Shown here piece after piece: positions 63,830 to 64,000 of a stretch of DNA of 64,000 nt. Location: NCBI GenBank assembly GCA_963742735.1, contig CAVUMN010000004.1, positions 1,216,001-1,280,000 on the forward strand, in the 5' to 3' direction. Position numbers and translations under genes: made by a program. Each line of letters opens with the position of its first letter. Positions within the stretch are counted from its first letter, which is position 1. The DNA comes from an uncultured Actinomycetes bacterium (GTDB taxonomy: Bacteria > Actinomycetota > UBA4738 > JBBDTT01). The notes under the pieces are model-generated. The model did no database searches. It was given only the letters and a program-made list of their open reading frames with translations, and was not told the origin of the DNA.

Positions 63830-64000
63830 ATGATCCAGCAGGAGTCGCGTTGCAAGGTGGCGGACAACACCGGGGCCCGGGAGGTCCTGTGCATCCGCGT
63901 GCTCGGCGGCTCCTCGCGTCGATACGCGGGGGTCGGCGACGTGATCGTCGCGACCGTCAAGGACGCCCTGCCCGGTGGCGGCGTGAAGAAAGGCGAGGTC
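63830..64000 (+). CDS. rplN: 50S ribosomal protein L14, 3'-partial
   Basis: [38 protein letters not shown]. Confidence 0.97.
   Translation, partial: MIQQESRCKVADNTGAREVLCIRVLGGSSRRYAGVGDVIVATVKDALPGGGVKKGEV

Overview
Very GC-rich bacterial chromosome segment, most likely from an Actinomycetota member: RpoC carries the actinobacterial coiled-coil insertion and the window has DUF4012 genes. The backbone is the core transcription/translation supercluster: tRNA-Trp, secE, nusG, rplK, rplA, rplJ, rplL, rpoB, rpoC, then rpsL, rpsG, fusA, tuf and the S10 genes through a partial rplN. It is interrupted three times: a PaaI thioesterase + ECF sigma + anti-sigma block between rplA and rplJ; a SAM methyltransferase between rplL and rpoB; and a ~36 kb cell-surface region between rpoC and rpsL. 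That region holds two tandem Ca-binding-repeat secreted proteins sharing a near-identical 683-bp 3' block and a Wzx/Wzy/Wzc-type polysaccharide locus. The best candidate for an undescribed system is a module found at both ends of that locus: a DUF4012 membrane protein with LCP-like sequence features, followed by a separately promoted small Ig-like surface protein (mature N-terminal YPP-x-PPTC, C-terminal membrane anchor, no LPXTG), followed by a related coiled-coil protein. I hypothesise this is a glycopolymer-to-protein ligation/display system. Other observations: a ~70-aa coiled-coil insertion in RpoB, long acidic tails on NusG/uL10/uS3/uL29, a G257D substitution in the EF-Tu thiopeptide pocket, a structured rpsL leader containing a terminator-like hairpin, and three apparent non-canonical start codons (CTG, ATC, CTG). 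No CRISPR array, integrase or transposase was seen. All family assignments are from motif recognition by eye; no database searches were run.
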